Positions 11,998 through 24,102 of a stretch of DNA of 64,000 bases are shown here, piece by piece (the first letter of the stretch is position 1; each line of letters opens with the position of its first letter). Under the pieces are notes generated by a model. The model was not told the origin of the DNA, did no database searches, and saw nothing but the letters and a program-made list of their open reading frames with translations. The position numbers and the translations under genes are program-made. Origin of the DNA: Flectonema sp. DT1601 (Eukaryota); contig OZ025789.1 of the NCBI GenBank assembly GCA_964019425.1, forward strand, positions 1,240,001-1,304,000, read 5' to 3'.

Positions 11998-12819
11998 CTC
12001 CTGAATTTATTCATTTTTTTTTTTTTTTTTTTAAATATGTTTGATTAATCAAGAGTAAGCCTCATATCGCATGCTAAAGCGATTACCCAAGATAGCCTGT
12101 GCATTTAGTGACCTTTTCCGCCGCCAGAATCTCTAAGTCTGAGAGAGTGATTGCCTTACAACGTAAGTGTTGGTTGTTGTTCGAAGCAGCCTGCAATTAA
12201 TATTTTGTTTGCATCAATAAAATAGCTTCCCTGAGTGGGAGGGGGGTTTCTCTTTTTTCCGGAATCTCTTAGCCTGAGAGAGAGCGAGTTGTTTACGAAT
12301 TTCCCATCCATCTCATGCTGAGCAGGATCTTTTATTGCCTTCTCTGTGATTTGATTTATTTTATTTGTTAATTTACACACAAAAAAAAAAAAAAAAAAAC
12401 CTTTATTCAGATAAGCCTTATATTTTGTTGATCGCAGCTAGTGTTACTAGCGCACAGGGAAATAGATAACATGACATAATAAATAACGGCTCTTAATCTG
12501 AATAGTTTCTTCTCCGACTTCGTCGGTGCAAAAAAAAAAACGACACAGCTACCCTGGATCGGGGGATCGTTGCTGTCGCGAATAGAAACAACTCATCAGT
12601 TTTACAGGCTGTGTTTTACTGAAGCCTGTACCAACTCCTTCCTATTGCTTTACAGCTAGTGATGTGGGTTTTCTCAAAAGAGTATTATTTTTTAGCTACT
12701 TTTATGCATAAGCACAGTTCAAAAAAGTTATTTATAAAAAAAACTTTGCGATTAAAAAAAAAAAAAAAAAAAAAACAACAACGAAATCTCTCTTCATTAC
12801 AGGCTACTCTTTTACAACA

Positions 12820-13614
12820 ATGCTGGAAGACACAGCAAATTCCCTCCGAAAGGAAAATAAATTACTAACAAGGCTAAGTATAGAAGGTGAGAAAGAAGGT
12901 CGTATATACAAGGCTGAGATAGAAAGACTACGAGGTGAGGTAGCCAAGTATGAACATAGGAATAAGTACGCCTCTATTGGATGTCAAACGTTTACAGTTT
13001 ATATCGAAAACCGCGGCGAGAGGGATCTATTGAGGGAGGAACTTCCTTTGTTAAGAAAACAAAGTGAAGACGATCACGTTAGAATGGCTGAGCTAACAAC
13101 AGAACTGAATACAGTTACACATGAACGTGATATGATTCATAGACAGATGCAGAGAGGAGTGAAAGAGAGCAAAAGAATAGCATCTGATCATCAAAAACTT
13201 AGTATCGCATACCGAGCAGAAGTTAAACTAAATGAACAAGCAAATGAACGCATATCACAATTAGAAACACAGTTGAACGATTTAAGCCAACACAACACAT
13301 CGTTGTCGACCCAAGACTGGAGACAGTTCTGGGAACGAAAATCAACCATCCAACCTGTGGTAAAAGATGTGTATGCTGTGCCAATGGTTTCTAGTGTTTT
13401 GTGCATGGTTTCTGTTTTGATTTTAAGTGTGGAACTTGTTAGTGAAATTAGTTCTCCCGCTGCATCTCCTGTCTTAGTAGCAACAGATGTTGTGTCTCCT
13501 GTTGTTTTAAAATCTATTTCAAGTTCTCCTTTTCAAACTATTAAACAGCTTCGTGCTGCAGCGAAGGACAGGCAGACTGCGGATTCTAATCCGATCTCTG
13601 AAATAAATAATTAG
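12820..13614 (+). CDS. Coiled-coil hypothetical protein
   Basis: 264-aa ORF with heptad-rich N-terminal two thirds; pyrimidine-rich AG acceptor at about 12801. Confidence 0.65.
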   Translation: MLEDTANSLRKENKLLTRLSIEGEKEGRIYKAEIERLRGEVAKYEHRNKYASIGCQTFTVYIENRGERDLLREELPLLRKQSEDDHVRMAELTTELNTVTHERDMIHRQMQRGVKESKRIASDHQKLSIAYRAEVKLNEQANERISQLETQLNDLSQHNTSLSTQDWRQFWERKSTIQPVVKDVYAVPMVSSVLCMVSVLILSVELVSEISSPAASPVLVATDVVSPVVLKSISSSPFQTIKQLRAAAKDRQTADSNPISEINN

Positions 13615-14397
13615 TTATTCTTTTTTATTATTCGTTTTTTGTTAGTTCTCACCCCCCATTACCCTGTTGTTTCATTTACACTACTGGGAAAAAAGCCTTT
13701 GTTTTTTTTTGCTATTTTATGTTTTTTATTATTATTAATTAATTCTTTAGTTTAGTTTTAAAAAAACTATTTTAAAAAGGTAGAGAGATCCTAATAATTG
13801 TTATATTTCTTTTCACAGCAACAATGACAAATAATCGTATTATTTATTTGTTTATGTTTTTCTTTTTTTTGTTGTTTCACAGTGGATATTGCCTATGGAG
13901 TACAGTCGGTTGATGACTTGTGGAAGAATGCGATATCCAGAAGTGCTGCTTCTAGAAGCTTCAACAAAGCCATTCACATGTACAATTCACTCTCATGGAG
14001 TCTAAATTTTATGCACATCTACCTATCAAACATATCTCATATACTATACTGATATTGAATGCTATTACACAGCTTTATTAGAGGCAATCGAGGTTTGCTG
14101 ATTGCCAGCCAAATTTCAGTTGAGGATTTGAAAGAAAAGCTCTCTCTCTCTTCGATATTTAAATCAGCACAGCGAAGCTTTAAATTATGTTAATGTGGCA
14201 TTGTTTCTTGTGCCTCATAGTTGCGTTGCTGCTGAAATTAAACTAGAGGTCGAACTCTTACGGGAATTTAAGTTCCAGCAAACCTTCTTTACCATCTTGT
14301 TTTTAAAAGTTAGCGCTGAGAACAGTGTATGTGTTACTCAGAATAAAAATTCAGTTTTTCAACTTTTAATTATCCCCCTTCATTCAGTCAAATTAAC

Positions 14398-16120
14398 ATG
14401 GAAACCGACTCGTCGCCAAATACCATGTACAACGGTATGCAGTCACGACAATGTCCGTGGTGTCCTATGTTTTTTGAACGACTTTGGGTCACAGACAAGC
14501 TACTTGTTGGGACCATGATTGGGGTTGTCTTAGGATTAGGTTTGGGTCTCGCTCTTGTTCCGACAGAGATGTCTAAATGGGTAAATCAATTAATTGGTAT
14601 ACCTGGAGACTTATTCTTAAGAGCGCTAAAGCTACTAGTACTACCTCTTGTTTGTGGTAGTATTACTGGAGGTGTTTTAAACATAAGAAGAACATCTGGA
14701 GGTGGTGATGGAACAAAAGTAACAAAACTAATGAAACGCGCAATCCTGATCTACACTATCACATATGTTATGGCTTTAGTAATTGGGTTGATGTTAGTTC
14801 TCATCATACAACCTGGTAAGATTGATGCATCGGTTGCTGACACCAACTCTACACGATGGCAATGCGATAATTTCAACAAAACACCAGCCTTACAAATATC
14901 TGATGACACCACGATCTTAGACACATTCTTATCTGTTCTTCATAATGCTATTCCTACCAATGTATTTCAAGCTGCAGCTGACGGAAATATTCTTGGTATG
15001 TATTTATAACAATCTTGTCTCTGTTGGTCTTTTTTAATTTAACAACACCACCACAACAACAGGTCTGATTGTTTGTAGTATGACTGTTGCTTTCTTACTA
15101 CCAGTCAGTAGTGGTGTTCAGCCTCTTACAACTCCAGAACGTGTTGTGAAATCGTTTAATGAAATGATAGACTTAATCGTTAAAGGTATTCTTGCGTATT
15201 CTCCAATAGGAATCTTATCCTTAATCTGCGGAAAGATAACAGCAGCATGCGATGTCGGTGATATGTTCGCTTCTCTCAGTAAGTTCATCGGAACAGTTAC
15301 TGCTGGTTTATTACTGCATTTATTTGTGTCACTTCCATTGGTGTATTTTATTATCACCAGAAAGAATCCAATTATTATTTATAAAACATTTTTTAAAGCT
15401 GGGATGACCGCTTTAGCGATAAGCAGCTCAGCAGCTACTCTCCCTGTAACGATTGAGTGTGCTCGTGAAGGTGGCGTGCCAAAGGATTTGGCTGATTTTG
15501 TTTTGGTTCTGGGAGCGACTGTCAACATGGATGGTACAGCTATGTATGAAGCAGTAAGTGTTTTATTTATTGCTCAGCTACATGATCACCATCTCTCTGG
15601 TATTGAAGTAATCGTAGTCTGCCTAACCTCATCATTTGCTGCAATGGGTGCTGCAGCTATCCCTAGTGCTGGTCTTGTTACTATGGTGATGGTTCTTAAT
15701 GCCGTCAACATGGGACAGTACTCAGATTCTATCGCGTTAATTTTAGTTGTTGATTGGCTTCTCGATAGATTGCGTACAGCTGTTAATGTGATTGGTGATG
15801 GTGCTGCTGTTCTTATGATGGATTCAATGTTTCCACAGGATAGTCAACAGCCTGATATAGAAATGGTTGGGTATGACTCACCTCTTAATCCAGAACATGT
15901 TACTGGATATCTTCCTGGTGATGCAGTCGCAATAAAAACAGTGAATGGATGGATTTATCGCTGTTTTATCAAATCCATCGAATCGTCAGAGTCTTTTACT
16001 ATCACTTTACCATCAGGAGGGTCTCTTTGTGGATGGCATCCTGATTGGATAACTGTCGATCCTGTTCAACTTCGATCTGAAAAACAATTAGAACCACAGG
16101 AACATAGTTTATTAACATAA
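14398..16120 (+). CDS. Dicarboxylate/amino acid:cation symporter (DAACS, SLC1/EAAT family), 2 exons (14398-14995, 15063-16120)
   Basis: PGDLFLRALKLLVLPL, SSSAATLP, GATVNMDGTAMYE, AAAIPSAG, DWLLDRLRTAVNVIGD; phase-1 intron 14996-15062 (GTATGT...CAACAACAG) restores GNILGLI. Confidence 0.95.
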
Positions 16121-16995
16121 TAAGAGCTTTAAAGGGGATGGGATCAAACAATAATCCCGCCAATGCGATTACCTGCTAAGGATACTTTATAGCTTATCAT
16201 GGGTGTGTGTGTTCGAAAATAAAACTACCTGTGGTTTTTGCTGTGATGTAGTACGCATAATCAATACAAGTGATTCCGTGTTTAATTAATATTTTTTTTT
16301 TGTGACTTTTCTGACTGAAATTAGTTGTTTTTTTTTTAGTCAGCCAAAACCGAGTTCGATTTCTTTTAATTCTCTACCCCTCTTATCCTGATTTTATCAG
16401 TGACGGCAGCCTTCCCTGCTTATGCCATGTATTTTTACCTCTCATTTCGAATGTTTTTTTTTTTTCTCTTTTTCCGGAGAGGGGAGGTCATGGCAATATA
16501 AAGTAATTAGCAAGCATTCTGCCTTAATGGTTCGATTATACACTTGTTTTCGTTCTTCGAATTTTTTTCCCCTTTTTTTTTCTTTCCCCCCATCGAATTT
16601 TATAATCGCTGTTCACGCAGTAGAGTTAAAATGCAAGTCAAAAATAAAAAAAAAATAAATAATAATTGGCTTTATCTTAAACTAATCAGAGAATAGTAAT
16701 AAAACAATTATTGGTATTTTGTTTGGGCACGAAACTCGTGAACCGATTTAAAACTGATAAAAAGCTAAAGGAGGTTTACGCGTGCTGCCAACATTCTTTT
16801 TTCGTTCTTACAAAAAAAAAAAAAAACGTTTTGGTCGGTTTACTTACTATTTATGTAATGTGAATAGAGCTGAGTATGTAGTATTGGTATTGCCATAATT
16901 CACTTTACAGGACTTGGCTTGGAGATACACACAGACGAAGTCCTGTCGCAAACAACCACAAGAAATTTCATCTTATAAACAGCTACACGAACTAT

Positions 16996-18114
16996 ATGAA
17001 AGAGAAAAGACCCCCAACGGGGAAGACTACCCGTCACCGTGATGTTGAATGGTGTTGCGGATTATGTCGAGCAAATGGAGGTGGTCTAGTTTGCCCTAAT
17101 TGTTCTTCACCTCGAATGCGTATTAAAGGAGGATTATTACTGCCAATGGGTGAAGGTGGTGAGACAGGTAGGGCATGGGGATGGCTAAGCGAACAGAAAG
17201 ACCCTCCTGATTTTATATTCCCAACAGAACCTGTAACTGAAGGAAAGGTGACTCTTCATACTAATGTTTCATTCGATGAAGATGAGAGGATAGAATTCAA
17301 AGAGGCTGGTTTCTTGTCTCACATGCCATCATACAACCAACGTTATGAACAACCTCAAGACTGGTTTGCCAAAGGTAGATGGCGACGACAACCAAGAGCA
17401 CCATTACCTGAACTACGAGACTTTCAGCCTTCACATCCAATAAAACAAAAAACAATTTGTCAATATCTAACTGACAATCAACCACTTAAGAATAACAGAG
17501 CTGCTTACGAATCATCTTTTCTCTATTTGGCAAAGGAACTGGCTGGTGCCTTTCCTGAAGGTAGACATTTGTGTAAAAAGGTTCAACCATACTTCCATAT
17601 CCTGTTAGTTGAAAATATCGTAGCCATGCTAAACTCTCCGATGTCTCAAAAAGATGGAGAATTGTATCTTGGTATAGCAGACGGTGGTATGGTGTTGGGG
17701 ATTCCCTTAACACCAAGACAAAGGAGAGAGATTCTTTACTTAAGCAATAGAGTTCTACTGACAATATTCCCACCATTAGCACCGGATGATGTTAAGGTTT
17801 CGTTTATGGATGTCTATTCAGACGAAGCATTGCAGTGTCCTATTATTAACCATTGCGTTATAAAGTTTTCTATTTCTCTTAAAAATCCTCATCCTTTATA
17901 CTTACATCCTAGGGTATCACGAAGCTCAACTGGGACAATAACGTGGAATCCAATGTTGCCAACGGCTTCTGTTCGTCGCTTTGGATCTGTAAGAAAACTA
18001 ACAAATGAACAAATAAAAACTCATCTTTACGGCAATGGAGGTACTGCTGGGGGTTTGTACGATCTCTTTTTTAAAAAAGCTGAGAGAGAAAAGCTGACAA
18101 GGGAACCTGCTTAG
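16996..18114 (+). CDS. RanBP2-like zinc finger + Schlafen/AlbA_2 domain protein
   Basis: WCCGLCRAN...CPNCSSPR finger; EDERIEFKE, IVAMLNS...GELYLGIADGGMVLGI and VRRFGSVRKL match the AlbA_2 pattern. Confidence 0.75.
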   Translation: MKEKRPPTGKTTRHRDVEWCCGLCRANGGGLVCPNCSSPRMRIKGGLLLPMGEGGETGRAWGWLSEQKDPPDFIFPTEPVTEGKVTLHTNVSFDEDERIEFKEAGFLSHMPSYNQRYEQPQDWFAKGRWRRQPRAPLPELRDFQPSHPIKQKTICQYLTDNQPLKNNRAAYESSFLYLAKELAGAFPEGRHLCKKVQPYFHILLVENIVAMLNSPMSQKDGELYLGIADGGMVLGIPLTPRQRREILYLSNRVLLTIFPPLAPDDVKVSFMDVYSDEALQCPIINHCVIKFSISLKNPHPLYLHPRVSRSSTGTITWNPMLPTASVRRFGSVRKLTNEQIKTHLYGNGGTAGGLYDLFFKKAEREKLTREPA

Positions 18115-18447
18115 ACTCGCAGTATTGGTCAAATATTTATGATTTGATTATAAAAAAAGATACCTATTAGATTTTCAAGCAAAATAGAAAGCAAAACCTA
18201 AAAAAAAAAGATAAGCTGATATATTACTGTTCAAACTCTGTTAGGGGGGTTGCTCTAATTAGTTTTGCTTTAATCTTCCGGCAAAATATTTTGTAACTGC
18301 TATCTGTTATTTTATTTTAGTAACAAAAAAAAATTCATAAATTACTTTTTTTTTCATTCAAACAGAACTTCAATGGGAGAGGGATACGATCCGCAATTGC
18401 TAACTAATAATTAAGATAATAACTCCCCTTTTAGCACCAGGAGATAA

Positions 18448-20310
18448 ATGCTTGTGTTCCTAGCATGCACTGTACAAGCAACTTGTCCTGAAGTGTACTA
18501 CAGATGCGGCGATTGGTTAGGACCTTACCTACCACCAGCAAGAGGAGATGTCGCGACGAAAGAAGCTTGTATGGATGCTTGTCTATCAAATAACAGATGT
18601 TACGGTACTGTATATTCATTTAGTAGGACGTGTTATTTAATAGCTGGAGAAGACGCTTTTAATTTCGGTAATGAAATATCCGACGCAGGGATATCACTCG
18701 TAGCTAAGAAACCTTCTGGAGGACAACCCGGAATGTGCACGGTTTCCACTGGCGCCACAACATGTTGTGAGACGCTATATCCAAGGTGTGGAGCAATCAT
18801 ATCTGGTACTCAAATAAGTAGTAGCACGCAGTCATCGTTGTATAATTGTGTTAATGTTTGTTATGCTGAAGCGACATGCAATTCTTGTTCGTTTGACACT
18901 CAAAGTGGTTCTTGTCAACTAAGTAGTAATACTTTGATGGCAGGTCTATACACCATTCCTACAGCATCATCATCAATGACAGAATATATCACATCCAGAC
19001 CTTCAGGGTCGTGTTTTCAAGTAGCACAACCTGGAGACTGTACTGCTGGGTGTACTGGTGTTACTGTATCTCCGAGGTGTGGATTTGTGTCGCTGACACT
19101 GGACCAACAAAATCGACTTCGATACCCTCCCACAACAGTAGACAGTGTGAATACTTGTTTAAAAATGTGTGGTGACAGACTTCACTGTAAGTCAATTCAG
19201 TATAGTGACATGACACAGCAATGTCAGATGTATGAATACACTAGTAACGAACTCCATTACACCGATACGTTCCCGTTTAGATCAGAATCCCAACAAGATG
19301 GTCCTTATGTCATTACTGATCGACCAGTTACAGCTGAAGGTAATTACAGTACTTGTATTCCAAACTTCTCTCCTGTAATATGTAATGGTGATCAGTGTCC
19401 TGATGGATGGACATATCGATCATCTGATAGTTCTTGTTTCTTAACTTACAGGGGTGTTTCTGGTTTAAATTTCGATGCTGCTCAAAGTCTTTGTAAAAGT
19501 ACAGATCCACATTCACACTTACCAGTTGTAACATCTGCTGGTGAGAATACATTTATTGCTGAGCTCGTTGGTAGTCGCAAATCAACATGGGTATATGCCC
19601 ACGAATACCATGCGAACCCTTCCATGGGATTTGTGACTGCTTGGGGAGTCCCTATTCAGTTTGATAATTGGTTTAAAGATAGCTACTCGGGAGGATGTGC
19701 TCTTTTAATAACATCTGGAATGGGAAAATGGATTAAGTCTCATTGTGATGACAAACACTCAAATATTGTTTGTCAAAGGTACGCTTCTGAACTACTAATC
19801 ACTAAAGCGATCCTTCAATCGACAACTGGTCATGGAAACGTTGAGAATAATGAAATAGTTGTAAGTCAGGAAAATGTTATAAAAGTAACAGGTCACAACT
19901 TGCATACTGAAGTGTGGTTGTCACTTCAGACTACAACGGAATACCAACACACTGAGAGTCGAAATAAAGCAACAAAATGTACACATGTTGGAGATCTCTC
20001 TGGTGTTGGTACTCCACTTCGAGTAGCAATCACGTCAGGTGTTTCTTCATTACAGAATGAAACTACTGCAACGATAACTATCCCTCGATCATGGCCTCTT
20101 GAAGTTGGAGCTTCCTATTCTCTTTGTTATGCTGATGGACGTCCATACACTTCTCCTGTAACACCTTCTCAGTATCAACGATACACTGGATTCGATTTTA
20201 TAGCAGTTAGTGAATATCATGATAGAAAGAAACAGCTCTGCGATATCCGATCAGGTCAACGAGATGCAATCCACAAACAGATTACTGATTGGAGTAATAA
20301 TAAAGGCTGA
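18448..20310 (+). CDS. Secreted Cys-rich protein with about 3 PAN/apple domains and a C-type lectin domain
   Basis: Repeated C-x3-C-x5-C...C patterns (CMDACLSNNRC, CVNVCYAEATC, CLKMCGDRLHC); CPDGWT...CF...FDAAQSLC...W...C...IVCQ; hydrophobic N-terminus. Confidence 0.8.
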   Translation: MLVFLACTVQATCPEVYYRCGDWLGPYLPPARGDVATKEACMDACLSNNRCYGTVYSFSRTCYLIAGEDAFNFGNEISDAGISLVAKKPSGGQPGMCTVSTGATTCCETLYPRCGAIISGTQISSSTQSSLYNCVNVCYAEATCNSCSFDTQSGSCQLSSNTLMAGLYTIPTASSSMTEYITSRPSGSCFQVAQPGDCTAGCTGVTVSPRCGFVSLTLDQQNRLRYPPTTVDSVNTCLKMCGDRLHCKSIQYSDMTQQCQMYEYTSNELHYTDTFPFRSESQQDGPYVITDRPVTAEGNYSTCIPNFSPVICNGDQCPDGWTYRSSDSSCFLTYRGVSGLNFDAAQSLCKSTDPHSHLPVVTSAGENTFIAELVGSRKSTWVYAHEYHANPSMGFVTAWGVPIQFDNWFKDSYSGGCALLITSGMGKWIKSHCDDKHSNIVCQRYASELLITKAILQSTTGHGNVENNEIVVSQENVIKVTGHNLHTEVWLSLQTTTEYQHTESRNKATKCTHVGDLSGVGTPLRVAITSGVSSLQNETTATITIPRSWPLEVGASYSLCYADGRPYTSPVTPSQYQRYTGFDFIAVSEYHDRKKQLCDIRSGQRDAIHKQITDWSNNKG

Positions 20311-20557
20311 GGTAGCTTTTTGTTCTTTTTTTTAAATTGTTTTTTTAATTGTTACATACACAGGTCGTTCTGTCATTGGTTTCGTTTTTTGTTGAGAAAC
20401 TGCAAAGCACAATTTTGTGTTAAAATTTACAAAGCGTTACTACTTCTACAGATCTCGTTTATGAGTGAGAATTAGAAATGGAACAGCGAGTACAAAATTT
20501 ATTTATTATTTTTATTTATTTACTTTCCACCTAATAAACAGCCCGTTGGCATCAAAA

Positions 20558-23262
20558 ATGGGCACACACACAACACACGTGTTAGGGGGAGAAGCAGGCA
20601 ATGGCTATGGAACTTGGCTTCCAACCCTAACTGGAAGTACATCAGAAGAACAAGAAGACATTAGCGGCCACATGCGAGAAGAATGCAGCAACAGTAGGGA
20701 GACCGTCGATGAATTCTTTGGAACAACTCGTTTGGTTGGTCAGTCAAAGAAATTAGGAACACTTAGCGGAGTATTCTTCCCTTGTTTAGCAAACATATTT
20801 GGTGTTATTTTATTCTTAAGACAGCCTTGGATAGTTGGACAGAGTGGGGTTATAGTCTCAGAAGTAGTAGTCGTCAGCAGTGTCATCACCACAACTCTAA
20901 CCGCAATGTCAATGAGTGCTATCGCGACCAATGGTGAAGTTAAAGCAGGAGGTACATACTTTATGATATCGCGAACTTTAGGTCCGGAGTTTGGAGGAGC
21001 TGTAGGTCTCTCGTTCTACTTAGCAACGACAATCGCTATACCAATGTATCTACTTGGAACCGTAGAAACAATAAGGGAAGGATTTGGACTCGAAGACGTT
21101 GGTCTTGCCGGACTCGAGCCTCAGATCTTTGGAGTAGCGCTATCTGTTTGTTGTCTCTTAATAGTCTACATTGGAGTTCAATACGTTAGTAAAGCCATCC
21201 CGCTGTTCTTAACAGCTACATGTCTTGGTATTGCTTGCATGTGGTTCGGAATATTATTACAATGGGAAGATGGATATGATATTTATAGTAACAACAAACT
21301 GAGTGAAAATATTTATCCGGCATTCGACTCTGACTATGACTGGAGGTATATGTTTGGGTTATTCTTTCCATCAGTAACTGGTATCACAGCAGGTGCTAAT
21401 CTGAGCGCATGCTTAAAAACACCGTCAAAATCAATTCCGAAAGGAACGTTATGGGCAATTGCTGTGACGTCAGTTATTTATGTTATTAATATTGTATTAT
21501 TCGCGGCTGCTGTTCCTCAAGAAGAACTTAAAAAGATTGATAAGGTTATCGCAAGTGAAGTTGCCTTTCCTAACCCACTGGTAGTACAGCTTGCTATTAT
21601 GTCATCGACACTTGGTGCGGCATTGGCGTGTTTTGCTGGTGCTCCTAGATTGTTGCAAGCGATCGTGTTTGATGACACTTTACCAATTCTTGGTTTTCTA
21701 AAAGAGGATCCAGATAAGGAACCTCGAAAGACCCTTCTTGTCACCTGGATTATAGCAACTGGCGGCTGCCTTGTAGGTGACTTAAATTTCGTAACTCCCA
21801 TATGCACGATGTTTTACCTAACATTTTATGGATTCGCCAACGGAGCATGCTTTCTTCTTGTTGTGTTAAGATCACCTAATTTTCGTCCAAAGAGTGCTAT
21901 TGCGAATGCCTGGACAGCAGGATTAGGAGCTCTTCTTTGTATTACAATGATGTTTATAATTAATCCGTTTGTTGCTTGTGGTACTTTTATATGCAGTGCT
22001 TTAGTTTATTATTATATAACTGTGGCTGGTGTTCATCATGATTGGGGTGATGCTCTGTTTGATCTCCGTTGGTACACAACTAGGAAATCTCTTTTACAGT
22101 TAGACGGCTATGGACCAGTTCACGCGAAAAACTGGAGACCCAATTTAATGCTGCTGACAAAGATTTCTGTCGAATCTTCAACAAGCCAATCAGAACCTGT
22201 TTTGGAAGAGACTGAGTTAGTTCGTTTTCTTAGTCATCTTCGACATGCAAGAGGTTTACAAGTTTTGGGTATGTTTTTTGTTAATATGTTCAAAAAAAGC
22301 GAACAAAAAACAAAACAAAACAATACAAAACAGGTACCATAGTACGACATGATTATTCAACAGGTGACCCTCCTTATGATGTTGTGGAAGTACGAGAAGC
22401 TCTAACAACAATGTGTCACAAGAAAGGAATGAAATGTTTTATTGAAGTAGCTGTTGATACTCTAGAACATGGTGTATCCTCTCTACTTCAAGTTGCTGGG
22501 ATGGGTCGTTTTCAACCAAATATTGCTGTCGTTGGGTTCCCTTCAAGATGGCACTCGCAGACTGAAATTCGACGATTTTTTATGAGATCGATGAGACTTT
22601 GTGAAATGCTTCACAAATCTTTAATTGTTTTCTGTAATGCGGAAAAGTATCCGCAGACAAAAGTCACTTCTACCATTGACATATGGTGGAGACCTCACGG
22701 AGGTGGATTACTTTTATTAATCCCTCACCTGCTTTCACTACATCGAGACTGGTCTAAGACAAAACTGAGATGCTTTACCCTTGTAGGAGCGACTATTGTC
22801 GAACCTGATAGGATATTAAATAATGTGAAAAAGCTTTTTGAGGAATTAAGAATGTTTCATACAGAATTTATTATGGTACCATTTGATGGAGTGGTCACAA
22901 CTTATGACTATCCCCGAAGGAGTGTAAGAAATGTATTGGCTGAAGCTGCAGAGCAGTTTAGGACGCCAGGTGCTATGACTCAACTTGATACTGCTTCGAC
23001 AATAGAAATAATTAGAGATGATATACCTTCAGCAGACTTAGACCCTATTGAGGTAACTAGAAAATTGAATGCGGTTATAAGATCTCATTCTGGCTCGGCT
23101 TCAGTCATCATGCTTAATCTCCCTAAATTCTGTGTGTCTCTTTCTGATAATGACATAGCCGTTAAACAATATTTGCAATCTATTAATGAGCTCACTGAAG
23201 GTCTCCCATCAACCCTTCTAATTAAAGACGGTGGTAGAGATGTATCAACGGCATTCTCATAA
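20558..23262 (+). CDS. Cation-chloride cotransporter (SLC12/KCC-like), 2 exons (20558-22268, 22334-23262)
   Basis: LGTLSGVFFPCLANIFGVILFLR, AIATNG..KAGGTYFMISRTLGPEFGGAVG, FFPSVTGITAGANLS, KNWRP, TIDIWW..HGGGLL; phase-1 intron 22269-22333. Confidence 0.95.
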
Positions 23263-23639
23263 TTTAATAATCTTAGTCTTATTGGCTATGCAATTCGATT
23301 TTTTTTCTGTTATGTACCTTGTTTCAAGGCCACGTGTGGATTGCGTGATATTTTTTTTATTTTTTTTTTTATTGTTTTTGTCTATTACAGAGAAACCTTA
23401 GAGACTATTTTTTTAATACAATCAGGATATCATCATTAGTTGCCGTGGTTCAGGAGCTGCTCAGAAAAAAAAAAGAATTTTTTTTTTTTTCCCTCTGCTC
23501 TTTTTCTTCTCCCTCTCTTTATGATAAGAACAACAGGGCATGTGGGACCCTCAACCTGACAACGTCTTCTGGTCAATAGACAGAAAAAAAAATATATATT
23601 CCCCTTTTCTGTTTTAGTTTTTCTCTAAACGTACTTTTT

Positions 23640-23722
23640 CTTTGATTACCAACAACAAATATTTCTTTAGTCAAGTACTTGATATGAATCTTTGTTTTAA
23701 TACCTAAAGCGTGTTACTGTTT
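23640..23722. repeat. Dispersed repeat family 1, copy 2
   Basis: CTTTGATTACCAACAACAAATATT...AGTCAAGTACTT...GTTTTAATACCTAAAG...GTTACTGTTT matches 10295-10378. Confidence 0.75.
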
Positions 23723-24102
23723 CCCCTTTTCTTTATGATAGTGATCACCATTGTTATATTCTATTTCTGCTTTTTTTTTTTTTTTTTTTTAAATTTATTT
23801 TAATCTCTCATTCTTCTAATTATTGACGATCAACGCATAGGATACTTCACTTGTATCTTTGCAAATCTCATATAAAGTTGGTACCCAAAAAACCTGTTTT
23901 AGTTTTAGCCAGTTTTCAAGTTACCTTTATGTATTGTCGTTGACGTTGTGGTATAAAGGCTAATTAAGCCAACTGTGGAATTGTTTTATTTACTTTTTAT
24001 CAGAATGATGTGTTTGGTTTACAGTTTTATATGCATATCTGTTACTGCGAGTGCGGGTTTATTTAATATTGCGTGATCAAATCAAAATTCCCCCTCCCTC
24101 TC

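Noticed and set aside
13880..14053. Short coding-like stretch after a pyrimidine-rich AG
   Set aside because: Under 60 codons, no ATG at its start and no recognisable motif.
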